A DNA stretch of 51,059 nt, filler included, from Catajapyx aquilonaris (taxonomy: Eukaryota): assembly GCA_000934665.2 (NCBI GenBank). It is 2 parts of 2 records of this genome, joined end to end, with 100 filler letters (N's around TTAATTAATTAA, not from the genome) between each part and the next. Parts side by side here need not be neighbours in the genome. Positions count along the whole stretch, not along the records: positions 1 to 25,480 come from JYFJ02005359.1; positions 25,581 to 51,059 come from KZ539337.1. The stretch is one strand, 5' to 3'. Of the stretch, positions 23,365 through 34,845 are shown in pieces (within the stretch, counting starts at the first letter, position 1; every line of letters starts with the position of its first letter). The notes beneath the pieces are model-generated. The model was not told where the DNA came from. It worked only from the letters and a program-made list of their open reading frames with translations, and searched no databases. Both the position numbers and the translations under genes were made by a program.

Positions 23365-24024
23365 CTTGGAGCCACCTCTGTTGCACATGGACGAAGGAGT
23401 ACAGTCCGTGGCCTGCGGTTCGGATGATCTTATCATTGCTGCACTGGGATCCCACGCCCTTTTCAAAGTGCGAACAATTGAGAATTCCTAGAATAGGAAC
23501 ATTCTGACGCAGGCTATTGTTACGCAAGATCACAGGACGCACAGATCATCCTCAAGCAATGCGTGCCGAATTCACCTTTTTCATCCCAGGCTGGTGACAG
23601 CGACTTATCGGTGACATTTACACAATAAGGCGATACACGCGACACGCAGCTCGATTTGAATGTAATCACTTCATAATGATATTTATTTATAGGCTGTATT
23701 GCCGCCAAGCACGCACCTTTCTCGCTTCAGTTGGAAATTTCAGCATCGGATGTTGCTTCAGATGGGTTTGTTTTAATGCATCACCATTGTCATTACACAT
23801 CAGTCATGTTATCTAAGAGAGCAACCGTGTGGGTTATGCCATTGTTCAGAGTGTCCCAGAATAATACTGCATTGGGACGTATATTGTTCAAATAAAAATC
23901 AGGACACGATGATTGTGTATGTAACGTTTTTATTTCGACAGCGTTCCTTTTGGTGTGCGGAATAAGTGCAGTGCGGTGACAGTACATCTGCTTACAACAC
24001 ATTATTAGGCCCCTATGCTCTTCT

Positions 24025-24952
24025 TTAAGGTTGGAGCAAAGACATCAAATTGGGACATTTCTGCAAAGAGAAGTATTTTTATACAAGTCCTTGCAACGTT
24101 AGATTGTTCTCATTGACAACTGTCACAATAATAAAAGATTGAAGCACAACTATACTGGTGGTCAACAGTAAACAAACCTCTTCCATGACCTTCCTGGCAC
24201 ACTTTGCGATCTTCATGAATCCGGCACAGTTGGGCACGGTCCTGTCGATCGGAGGGGCTGAAGAAGACAACAGCAATATTATTTACTGGGCATTGTTGCG
24301 CATGCAGCATGTGGCCAACTCACCATCGCCAGCTTTGGCGCATTTGTTCCAGATCTCGTACATGGCAGTCTTCAACTCACTATCGGGAAGTAGGTCAAGC
24401 AGTTCCACTACCTTCTTCGGGTTGTACTCGCCCTTCTCGTTTATCTAAATGTGAACAACGTGGCTTCAAAATATTTTTTGGCCATTTTTCCATCATTATG
24501 TTATGGCAAGTAATTAACTTAAAATATAAAAATAAATGACGCAAATTTGCAAATAAAATGGAGCTTACCATTCCCAGCTTGATTCCTATGCAGTCTGCGA
24601 CGCACTAATTGTCGGAACACGAATTTATTATTGGGTGCAGATGTTTCGCAATGTTTCAACTTGGATGGTGACACTTACCAGTCTGTCATTTTGATGGCCC
24701 AAGGAGCACTCGAGGCCTGCCTTCACCACTGGGTGGTCCCCAGGTATACCCTCAGTGGTGCAAACACCTCTCACTACCACCTGAAACAACAACAGTAAAA
24801 ATTAGCAAGTGCTCATCCTCAGCTGCAATGTGCAATAAGGTTCCTTAATTGAACCTGACTGCATGTTGCACCTCTGAGTAGATCATACGCACCAAGAGGT
24901 TTGTGCAGAGCACCAGACAGAGAAGCCAGGACATGGCGCTTGTCTGCTGCAT
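24025..24952 (-). CDS. Obp: OBP-like secreted protein, copy 9 (most divergent, ~144 aa, intact)
   Basis: Exons 24952-24893, 24780-24679, 24604-24569, 24444-24324, 24257-24178, 24060-24025. MQQTSAMSWLLCLVLCTNLL/VVVRGVCTTEGIPGDHPVVKAGLECSLGHQNDRL/CVADCIGIKLGM/INEKGEYNPKKVVELLDLLPDSELKTAMYEIWNKCAKAGD/APPIDRTVPNCAGFMKIAKCARKVMEE/KCPNLMSLLQP*. Confidence 0.87.
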
Positions 24953-25480
24953 CGTGGATATGACTGGAGACATTCGGATTGTTATATGCTGCACGTGTGT
25001 CGTTGTAACTCTTCGAACTGGTGCACCACCGCGATCCACGCCCCTTCCGTGTCCACACTTTGGCACCTTCACGAATGATGGTCCGGACAGGATGGGAGGA
25101 GCTGGACGCCCCTCTTTCTTTCTTTTTTTGTTCGAAATAGTTAAAGAGAGGCGGCCTTGCGACAGACTCAGAGTGTGAAACTATCGCATGACTGGCCACC
25201 ATACCCATAATAAAAATGGCTGATGGTCAGATTAGTTGGTCTGGATTGAGCTGGATACTATCAAAGGTGAGGCACATCACGGCACATGACTATCAGGGAG
25301 CATATACTACATAAGAGGCGCAAACATTTGATTTCCGCGTCTCTCTGTTTGGGGCCGTTGCCAAGGCTGGCGGCCATCTTGAAGTGTGGGGAACGCCAAC
25401 GAGGTATAAATAGGGTACAGGCAAAAATAGGGTCCGCCATCTTTGATTCGCGCGTGTTCTTGCCGTGCAGTTGCCATGCC

Positions 25481-25580
25481 NNNNNNNNNNNNNNNNNNNN
25501 NNNNNNNNNNNNNNNNNNNNNNNNTTAATTAATTAANNNNNNNNNNNNNNNNNNNNNNNNNNNNNNNNNNNNNNNNNNNN
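25481..25580. other. Artificial assembly linker: 44 N + TTAATTAATTAA + 44 N
   Basis: Exactly 100 nt, symmetric, with a six-frame stop palindrome at 25525-25536. Confidence 0.92.
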
Positions 25581-25889
25581 CCCTCTCCGACTCGAATACT
25601 GTTATGATACGTCAAAAAAGTCTTACAATAGGTTACAATATTATGAAACGGACCGATCGGCCATGGGCCCCCCCGAAAAAATTTCCTGCCTACGCCACTG
25701 ATTAGCGGCTAATATTTTTGCAACCTCAAAAATAACTACTGATGAACCGAAATGAGGAAGAGTAGGCCTATACTTTACCAAACCTTCCTTACGCTGGGCA
25801 TGTCCTCAATTGACAACCAAACTAACTCTTCTTACCATCCTAAATTTGGGAATTTTTTGGATTTTCTAATTCCGCATGGTCTATAGTGC

Positions 25890-26260
25890 TGTGCAAACGT
25901 CACCTCTGCTGCTAATTTTCACGTTAGCAGGGTCAGAATACAAGCCAAAAGACCGATATTCCGAAGCCACAACATCTGCATCCGGTCGCGAGTGGCGGGT
26001 CGCCGGTCGTGGGTCGTCGCGACTGATATCAGTGACATGTAAATGATTGATTAAACTTGATTCATAAATTGCTACACAAAATCGATTTCGAGGTCTTATT
26101 CTACTTGCTCGCGCCAGCTCGCGCCACCCTAGAGCGCGCTACAATCGCTGCGACCGGGGACCTGCGGCGCGCGACCGGCTGCTAAGTGTTGTGGCTTCGG
26201 AATATCGCATTTAGCTTGTATTTTGACGTGAAAATTAGCAGCAGAGGTGATGTTTGCACA
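25890..26260. mobile_element. MITE-like inverted repeat
   Basis: TGTGCAAACGTCACCTCTGCTGCTAATTTTCACGT..CGATATTCCGAAGCCACAACA is mirrored at 26186-26260. Confidence 0.7.
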
Positions 26261-27524
26261 ACATTAGGCCAAGCAGAATTGAGGAGCGATAAAGCAAAAC
26301 CCGCAAGATCACACGTAATTTTTTTTTTTCCAGAAAAGGAGAATGTTCTCCCACACTTCACCCACGATACCTAGGACTACCTCCACCACACGATACCTAG
26401 GACTACCTACTAGGACAACGATTCCAATTTCATTTTCTTCATGTTCATATTCCCTACAAAACGTCATTGCAATATTTCAAATGTGGTGGTTCTTATTTGA
26501 TGAATCGTGTAGCGCTATCACAATGGATCCAGAAATATTTAAAAAGCACAAATCTTTATGTTAACATATTGTAGACCTGTTCCTTGAGAAGTATATCTGT
26601 TGCACAAAGTTGCCTTCAAGCAGAAAATATCAGGTTTTATTTGTAGGATATTCATCAAGGAAGATGAAGTGGCGTTTTGCTTAAATAAAAGTGAAGTGAT
26701 TTAATAAGATAGAGTGATGTAGGGGGCTCAGAATGGTGGAGGAACCACAAAGCCCGCCATAATTTATTGACTTTAATGAGCTTACAATTGTCGTGAACCG
26801 ACATCAGTTTTGCACAGGTTGTTGTTGATGATGCTAAATGAAAAGTGACTTATTCGTATCCAGTTCCTTTTGAAATTGCAATAATCAGGTGTTTAAATTG
26901 CAGATTCTTCACTATTTTTGAGTTTGGTATTGCTCCAAACTGCTCTGGAAGCGTAAAAAATTATTATATTTTTCTTCCCCTTTTTAGAACTACAATTTCG
27001 CGATTAAATTTTTAAATTTTTTGACTAACTTATAGGGGGTCTCAACTTTTCTGTCCGAACAGTTATCGGACAAGCCTATGTATCTTCTAGCTATGTAGCC
27101 AGAATATGCCCCAACATTCCTGGCACATCCCTCAACCGATAAAGCCAGGGAAGCATCACTGGTTGCGAGTCATTGCTAAAAAATAAGCAGCTTACTGCAA
27201 TATTTCCGATATAATGGTTATATTGTTCGGACAAAAAGAGTTGTATTGCAGGCTCCAAGGCAGGCTCTCAAGTCTGAGGCCAAAATGCTCATATTCTCAT
27301 TTTTAATCCATGTAACCATTATTTATTATTCCATTGAAATGCAGGAGGGAACAACAGGAAACAGGGAACTGAGAAATTTCGCTGATTCAACTGATTTCCA
27401 ATATGCAGAAAACATTAGGTTACTTAAATAATCAGGTCAAAGGAACAGCTTTTCATGAGGATGATGATGAAGCTTTGGGTCCGAAAATAAGCAATGACCG
27501 ACGACTATTCATTATCATGCCATG

Positions 27525-27921
27525 TAGGTCATGCGTGTCAAAATTGTGATAATACCGCCAAGGGGCACAGAGTTTCGTAATAAATCGATGTTTGGCCACC
27601 TAATGAGGTCATTACTGAGGCCATGGACGTTTTTAGCAGCCAAAATTTCAGGTCGGAAAATGCGAACTTGGACGCCCTTTATAAAGGGACGTTGGATAAG
27701 GTTCTTGACATGGTAAAACATGGCCTCCAAATATTCCACACTTGTCCAACCATCTGCTATGCACGGTGACTGTAAGCCTGACTTTTTCGACCTGATATTT
27801 TGGCAGCTAAAAGACGTACATGGGCATCCAGAATGACCTCATTAGATAACCGAACCTCGATTTATCACGAAAATGTGTACACGTTGTGGTATTTTGATCA
27901 AATTTTGACATACATGGCCTA
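27525..27921. mobile_element. Old MITE with degenerate ~135-bp arms (TAGG...CCTA termini)
   Basis: 27525-27660 is an imperfect reverse complement of 27783-27921 (e.g. TAATGAGGTCATT / AATGACCTCATTA, CAGGTCGGAAAA / TTTTCGACCTG). Confidence 0.65.
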
Positions 27922-27931
27922 AACAAAATCG

Positions 27932-27987
27932 AGCAATGGGCGATGGCTATACTGTATTATAATACAGTATAGCCATCGCCCATTGCT
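27932..27987. repeat. Perfect 56-bp spacerless palindrome
   Basis: AGCAATGGGCGATGGCTATACTGTATTA|TAATACAGTATAGCCATCGCCCATTGCT. Confidence 0.95.
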
Positions 27988-29934
27988 TTTGCTGTGCCAG
28001 AAGAGGTCCGGTAAGTATATAGTTACTTTCAGCTAAACTTCCTACAATAACATAATACTTTCTGCACATACTGGAAATCAGCTGAATAACCCGATTTTCT
28101 GCAAGCAATGGTTCTTCCTTGTTGGACCACCTTGTATAAAATTAAAGGAAATCACGCGCAACAACATATAAATGACCACCCCACATATTCTGGTAACTTA
28201 CGAAAGATTACCTCGAAAGTTATAGAGTAGCACACTTGTTTATATCATATGGCTCCGTGAAACTGAAACTGTTTAACCCTCCTTTCCCAGTTATGCTTGC
28301 TGAAAAAGGATATTTTATTTCAGAAATCCGAGCAAATTAACAAAAAGTTGAGGAAATTGCAGAATATAGCGAGAGATTATAGAGAACAGATTTTTGCCTT
28401 TTTTGGTGTAGTTATTGTTTTTCTGTTATCCCAAAACGATATGACCTACGTTGTGACAGAGTGATATGAACACTGAGAGACTGGGTATAGACGGAGTGTG
28501 GAGGGACGTCTTTTGAAAGTCAAATAAAGTGAAATAAAGCCAATCCGGTGCTGGGTCGCGAGTAGCCCGTGTTTTATTGAATTAGGTATATGTTTAACAT
28601 CGTGGTAAAAGGCTGACATAATACCAATGAGTCCAACCTCTAAGATAAACACTCAGAGAGTATGAGAAATGTTGACATAGCTTATGATAATATCTTTGAC
28701 ATGTGGGAATAATGATGATTAAGACACATCCTGTGAGGTCTCGAGTTCGATTTCCTGACATCTGAGGCAGAAAATATTTTTCTCTTGTACACTGTAGAAA
28801 GAGTTAATTTTATAGATGAGTTCTTTCTGTAGGTCTACTTGCATGCTCGGGTTCTCGGTTTTCTGCCATGATTTAAATGCATCACAGCTAACTATAATCA
28901 ATGAATAAACCCGGATGCTGAAAAGGCGATCTGCTGAAGGCTCCAGTAAGCCAATCAGGGGTGTTCAATTACTATTAAAGGGCAAAAATGTGTCAGGGTC
29001 ATTACTAACTGGGGTTTCAAAATTTACCGTTGCACTAACTTGCTCTTACGAGCGAAGCATTATTTTATGTTTCAACTTTTAAAAATTCTATTAGAATCGA
29101 ATAAAAACTGTAGCTAAGTTACGATTAAGATAAAAAATCTGAAAATTTGAATGCAAAATGAGATTTACTTCAAAGTGGTTAAAATTGTTATCACACACGA
29201 GTTCAGGTCCTGACGAAGCAAGCTATAGTGGCAAAATGATGCATCGGGTGAATGTCAATATCGTAAAAAATAAAGAGTGTACACCTTTCTGCATTGGATG
29301 TGAATGCTGGGTGGAACGGATATGGAAGCGTCAGGGCAAAATTTGAAAAATAGCCGGCCGCAAAATGCGCCCTGCAAAGTACGTGTCAACAAAAGATTGT
29401 GAAAGATGTGACCAGCTCTCATGGAGAGCTAGGAGAGCGGCCTCATTCAATTTAATCCTGTCTGGTCTGGTGTACCGAAAGTGCCAATGTTGCTCATTTT
29501 CTTGCTGAAGAGTATTGGTGAGGAAAAACGTGAACGTAGATTTTTGGATCTGGTGGGGTTGCGGATGGCCGCGAGATGAGCGCATGTCGGCCGGATCAAT
29601 TGAGGAAGCCATTTAGTCAGCATCAATGTGCGCGGCGTCAAAATATCGGAGGACCGGGTCGATGAATGATTTTCAGGGGGATACCATCACCACGGCAGCA
29701 GCAGCAGGTCCCTTTTTTTGTAAGTGGAAGAGAGGAGGGGAGGGATGGGGTGCATTTTTGGCTCATGCCCCGGCTCGGTAGCTCGCAACCAGTCCAATTG
29801 CCAGGCCGCCTAATGGCCGCGTTTTGGCTCAGCCAATGCCATCTCCACGCTCTTCTCTGGGATTAGGTGCTTGCCTTTGCACTAGCCTACTTCCCTTGCT
29901 GTTTTCCATACGGTCTGACACCAACAATGACCAG

Positions 29935-29972
29935 TAGGTAGGTAGGTAGCTAGGTAGGTAGGTAGGTAGGTA
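29935..29972. repeat. (TAGG)n microsatellite
   Basis: About nine TAGG units with one TAGC interruption. Confidence 0.85.
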
Positions 29973-30456
29973 TTGTAGATAGCGGGACAAGTGACGCTGT
30001 TGATACTGCAGACAAATGGCCTGCAACCACTCACTCTGGAAATGCAACGAGGGACCCTATTGTCATCAAGGTTCTACTATCTTCTGCATCGATATGTTCC
30101 AACTGAAAATGTCCTGAATGGTTAGGGTTATTTCGAAGCTGCTAAGCATTACACTATGTTACAAAAATCAACATTTTTTTGTCCATGAAAATTCATTGCT
30201 ATTTACTCTTTCTTTAGATAAGTCGTAACTCATAATGTCCACTCCTTTTGTCTGAAATAATATTTTTGGCCTCGGGGCAGTCAAAAAACCAAATTCCCCG
30301 AAAAATAGGGTCATTCCGAATCAAGTGGCCCGAAGTGTTGCTACACCATCTTGGATTTCGTGAAACATTATAGCTGTACACGCCTATGTATGCCATACCA
30401 CAGTATACCAAGGTTCATCCTTATTGCGCAATGCGGTGTGGGGGGGGGGGGGGGGA

Positions 30457-30723
30457 NNNNNNNNNNNNNNNNNNNNNNNNNNNNNNNNNNNNNNNNNNNN
30501 NNNNNNNNNNNNNNNNNNNNNNNNNNNNNNNNNNNNNNNNNNNNNNNNNNNNNNNNNNNNNNNNNNNNNNNNNNNNNNNNNNNNNNNNNNNNNNNNNNNN
30601 NNNNNNNNNNNNNNNNNNNNNNNNNNNNNNNNNNNNNNNNNNNNNNNNNNNNNNNNNNNNNNNNNNNNNNNNNNNNNNNNNNNNNNNNNNNNNNNNNNNN
30701 NNNNNNNNNNNNNNNNNNNNNNN
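30457..30723. other. Assembly gap flanked by poly-G runs
   Basis: 267 N between two G homopolymers. Confidence 0.95.
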
Positions 30724-33700
30724 GGGGGGGGGGGGTATAGAGAATTTGGGAGTAAAGTTCTCGCTAACTAACAGGAGCAGAACCGAAATTTTTTCTGTGT
30801 AAGTGTAACTGACCTGTTAATGGACGTGGTACTTTTCCCATATTATTAATATACTATTTTTGAAGGTAATTTTCATGCGGGAGTAATTTACACCGGCGTG
30901 AAATTTTAAGTGATGTCGTAACAAGCACTCCAAAATGCGGAAAAAATAGGTGCTCTAGACCGACGAGGCCGATTTTTATGTGTAGCTGTAACATTTCGGC
31001 AAACAATGATTTTGTCAAAATTTGACTGATTTGAGAACTATACTAGCAGTATTGTACTGTAGGCGTCAAGATCACAGCACTAAATACCTAACTCAATATC
31101 GACCAAAATATGACTGATCCACTCATCTGGTCTTCATAGTCTGTCGCCTACACTTTATTTACTCTCTCAAAGTAACCAAAATCAAAAGACATTATAAATA
31201 ATGCACGACAAGACCTGATATGAAGCATTATCAGAGTCACATTTAATTAAGAATTGAGTGCGAAGTATCCAGAAAAAATATGGTTAAGCAGCTATTGTGT
31301 ATACTTATAAAATTTGAATACTGACTTGAAAGCCATTGTATGTGTTTAGCAATGGGGAGCGGACACCACAGTGCTGGAGAGGCCATTCCCTGACTAGCCT
31401 CCTAGCATCAGCTGCAGCTGAATCCTTAAAAGTGGAAAAAAGGAGGTAATCCTTGCGTCTGTGCAGAGTAGGGGAAGAGTATGGGCTAAGGAGGTGAGAA
31501 AGAAAAAGACGACAGTTCCGTAATGAGTCTGCCTGGCGACTTTTGTGACATGTGTTAATGAGGTGCACTTTCTTGGCCGGGCGCGTCTCCGGGAGGGAAG
31601 CTTTCGCAGTCAGACGGCGTGCATTATGGAAAGCAAAGGCCCCGACTTCCTCTTCATTATATGTTGGCGCCCGACTGGAAGAAGACGTGTCCCTCGGATG
31701 GAGGAACCAGGAGCTACCAATTACTACAGCATCGGGCACTAGCCCTTTCTTTCTGGAAAATGGGGTTACGCGGGGAACAACAAATCTGAAACAATAATTG
31801 GACACTTTCTGTAATTATCCTTATCAAAAGTTACTGAAGATGGTGAATATTAAAATTGACCTGACGAATAGGGGGATCCCCTCTATTTCGAAGTGCTCGA
31901 ATTTAACGGTTGGAACCTTTTACGATATGGGGATGGTGGGGCAAGACGGGACACTTAGGGTTTAGGAAGTTACAGAAGAGTCCGTTTATGCAGCACAGGT
32001 CTGAAATTTTGACATAGCATAATGCTACCAACTATTTTCTATTGAATAATAAAAATATGGTACTCTGCACTGTAATTCATGTACTAATTAATTATATTCT
32101 GATTCCTAGCTAGTACATGTGGCCTTAACCAGTACGTAGTTAGGACACAACCGGTACAGAGCCTCGTGTCCACAGATGGTCCACACTTCCAGATGGTATC
32201 AAGATGGTACCGAGATGGTATATTTAGGATAACCTTGAGAACACGTGTCGACAGGATTTAGGAGGGGGGGGGGGACAAAAAAATAGATCCGCCCATTTAT
32301 TTCCGAGCAGCTTTTATTTAGCTTGAGTAACCTTGGGCCATCGGCAAAAATTTCGAAAATTATGCAAGATTTTTTGTTTCTCCTCCCTCCCTCCCTTTAT
32401 TTCTTCTTTCCTTTCCCTCCCTCCCTCCGGGTTTTCCCCTCTAAACGTAACAGCCAATAATACGGAATATTGCATGTTCAGTTGCCAGTGTCGTTCAGTC
32501 TGCAGCAATGGACAGTGGATGCGGTGTATGTGTGGTGACCAATAGTCTGAATCACAAGAATAATTGCAGCTGGACATGTGGCCAGCTCATATTGTAAGGG
32601 CCAGAGTGCTATCTACGACTGCAAGAGTGCAAGGCCGATATGCGGCCGATATAGTTTGGGTGCAAGTCAGAACAAGGATTATGACATCAGCGTCTTATTT
32701 TTGTTTATTTAACATGTGATTTTGTATATTTATTTATAGATATAGAATAGCATTTTGACACTTAATTGACCCATGTGACAGCCAGAATGCAAATGTGCAC
32801 ATCAATTTTGACAAAATGGACTCCTCTTGAACTGCGCATTTTGGGAAATACTGTATAATTATCATCGCTATCCATTTCTGTGATTACCGTAATATACAAA
32901 TAATTGTGGAAAGAAATAGGGTGCAAAATAATAGCAAACTTGTCTAAAACCAGAAAAAACGCTTCCTACTGACCAAAGTCACATTGGGCTAGCGGCCATT
33001 ACTTTCATCCAATGTAGATAGATGCAGGAATTGCAAAGACAGTATTGTAAAAAATATGGCAGCATTTGCCGACTTTTTAAAGGGGGTGTTCCGTCTTACC
33101 TCGTGTCCCCTTCTTGCCACACCCTCCCCTATTGATGCTATTTAGCACTGGGGAATACTTTTTTTTTGTGTGTGTGGGGGGGGATTTAACAGCCTCAGGG
33201 GAGTTTCCTAGAGGGGGTGTGGGTGGGTGGGTGGATCTCTGGAGGGAAATGGATGACATGAAACATTCAGGGCGTAAACACTTGCTTGCTTGCCCGGGAG
33301 TGGCATCGTTTGGGCAGGGCTGGAGTGGGGGCCAACTGGAATTGCTACTGCAGCCAGGCCACTGCCCCCGGGCCTAATCGAGCGACCACTTTTCCATGCC
33401 TCGTCAAACGGAATGGAATGGCACGGGGATGGAACGGAATGGAATAATATTGGGTGCGTGTCATGCGTATCCATAACCCACGAGTGAGGCTGTGGGAGGG
33501 TGTGGGATTGAGTTGGGGGAGTGGGAGGGGTGATACCGGGTCAGCCTTTTGGTCAAGACGTGGCTCTTCCGTGGGTTATTGTAGGGCTGGCAAATCGCCT
33601 AATGTACCGTATTCGGCTAAGAGGAAGTGATTCAGAAGTATGCCCCCGCTCCCCTTCCCCGTCCTTCCATTTGAGGTCATCAACGGATAAGGATCATGAG

Positions 33701-34048
33701 AGCTGCTTCAGGACATGCAGGCAGGGGTCTATCAGTGGTCATCTTTCTGATAGACTGCAATGGGATGCAAAGAGGGAAATCATACTAATGGTATTACTGG
33801 ATCTTTTGAATCGTAATGCGGTTGGGAAGGACGGCCACTATCAAATTGAAGAGTAAGTTTTTGCATTATGGTTATTCCTTTCATAAAGTAGAGAGTTTCA
33901 GTGGGCCTTATCGTATGTCACGAAACGAAACTCCGTGGGCCCCGAAGAAGCATAACCGAAACAGACATCACCTTATTTCCAGAAGTACCTATAAAAGTGT
34001 AAGAATTGTAACAATATTATATTATTATGGGGAAGACAGTGATAAGGA

Positions 34049-34845
34049 ACGTTTTGGCCTCCACCATACGTACTGATGGTATATACTGTACAGTAGTAGT
34101 GAGAGTGAAGCCCATACAAATTCAAGCTTAAATAGGTAAGGTGTGGGTTTTTTTTGAAGGTCTGAGTTCTAAATCCGGGGAAAAGGCAACCGAGACATAA
34201 TTAACTGGAACCGTAACCAGGAAGCAGCCCCCGATTTTTGAAGCGTCTCCAAGCGGAATAAGCAATCGGGTCGAACGAGTCGCTCGGCATGTTTGTTTCG
34301 GGCCTGGGTTGTGTGAGGGTGGGGGTGGAGGAGGAGGAGGAGGAGGAGGAGGAGGAGGAGGCAGGGTTGGGTGGGTGCATGTGGCAAATCCCCAAAAGCG
34401 GACTCTGAAATTTGGGCTCGGACCGTCGGGCCGTGAAATCAGAGGGATNACGTTTTGGCCTCCACCATACGTACTGATGGTATATACTGTACAGTAGTAG
34501 TGAGAGTGAAGCTCATACAAATTCAAGCTTAAATAGGCAAGGTGTGGGTTTTTTTGAAGGTCTGAGTTCTAAATCCGGGGAAAAGGCAACCGAGACATAA
34601 TTAACTGGAACCGTAACCAGGAAGCAGCCCCCGATTTTTGAAGCGTCTCCAAGCGGAATAAGCAATCGGGTCGAACGAGTCGCTCGGCATGTTTGTTTCG
34701 GGCCTGGGTTGTGTGAGGGTGGGGGTGGAGGAGGAGGAGGAGGAGGAGGAGGAGGAGGCAGGGTTGGGTGGGTGCATGTGGCAAATCCCCAAAAGCGGAC
34801 TCTGAAATTTGGGCTCGGACCGTCGGGCCGTGAAATCAGAGGGAT
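34049..34845. repeat. ~400-bp near-identical tandem duplication split by a single N (probably two alleles at a contig join)
   Basis: 34049-34448 vs 34450-34845 differ only by two substitutions, a T-run length and one GGA unit; N at 34449. Confidence 0.85.

Noticed and set aside
30351..30802. ORFs spanning the N gap
   Set aside because: Artefacts of translating Ns.
31305..31805. 166-aa minus-strand ORF
   Set aside because: Non-ATG start, no recognisable motif, no supporting exon chain.
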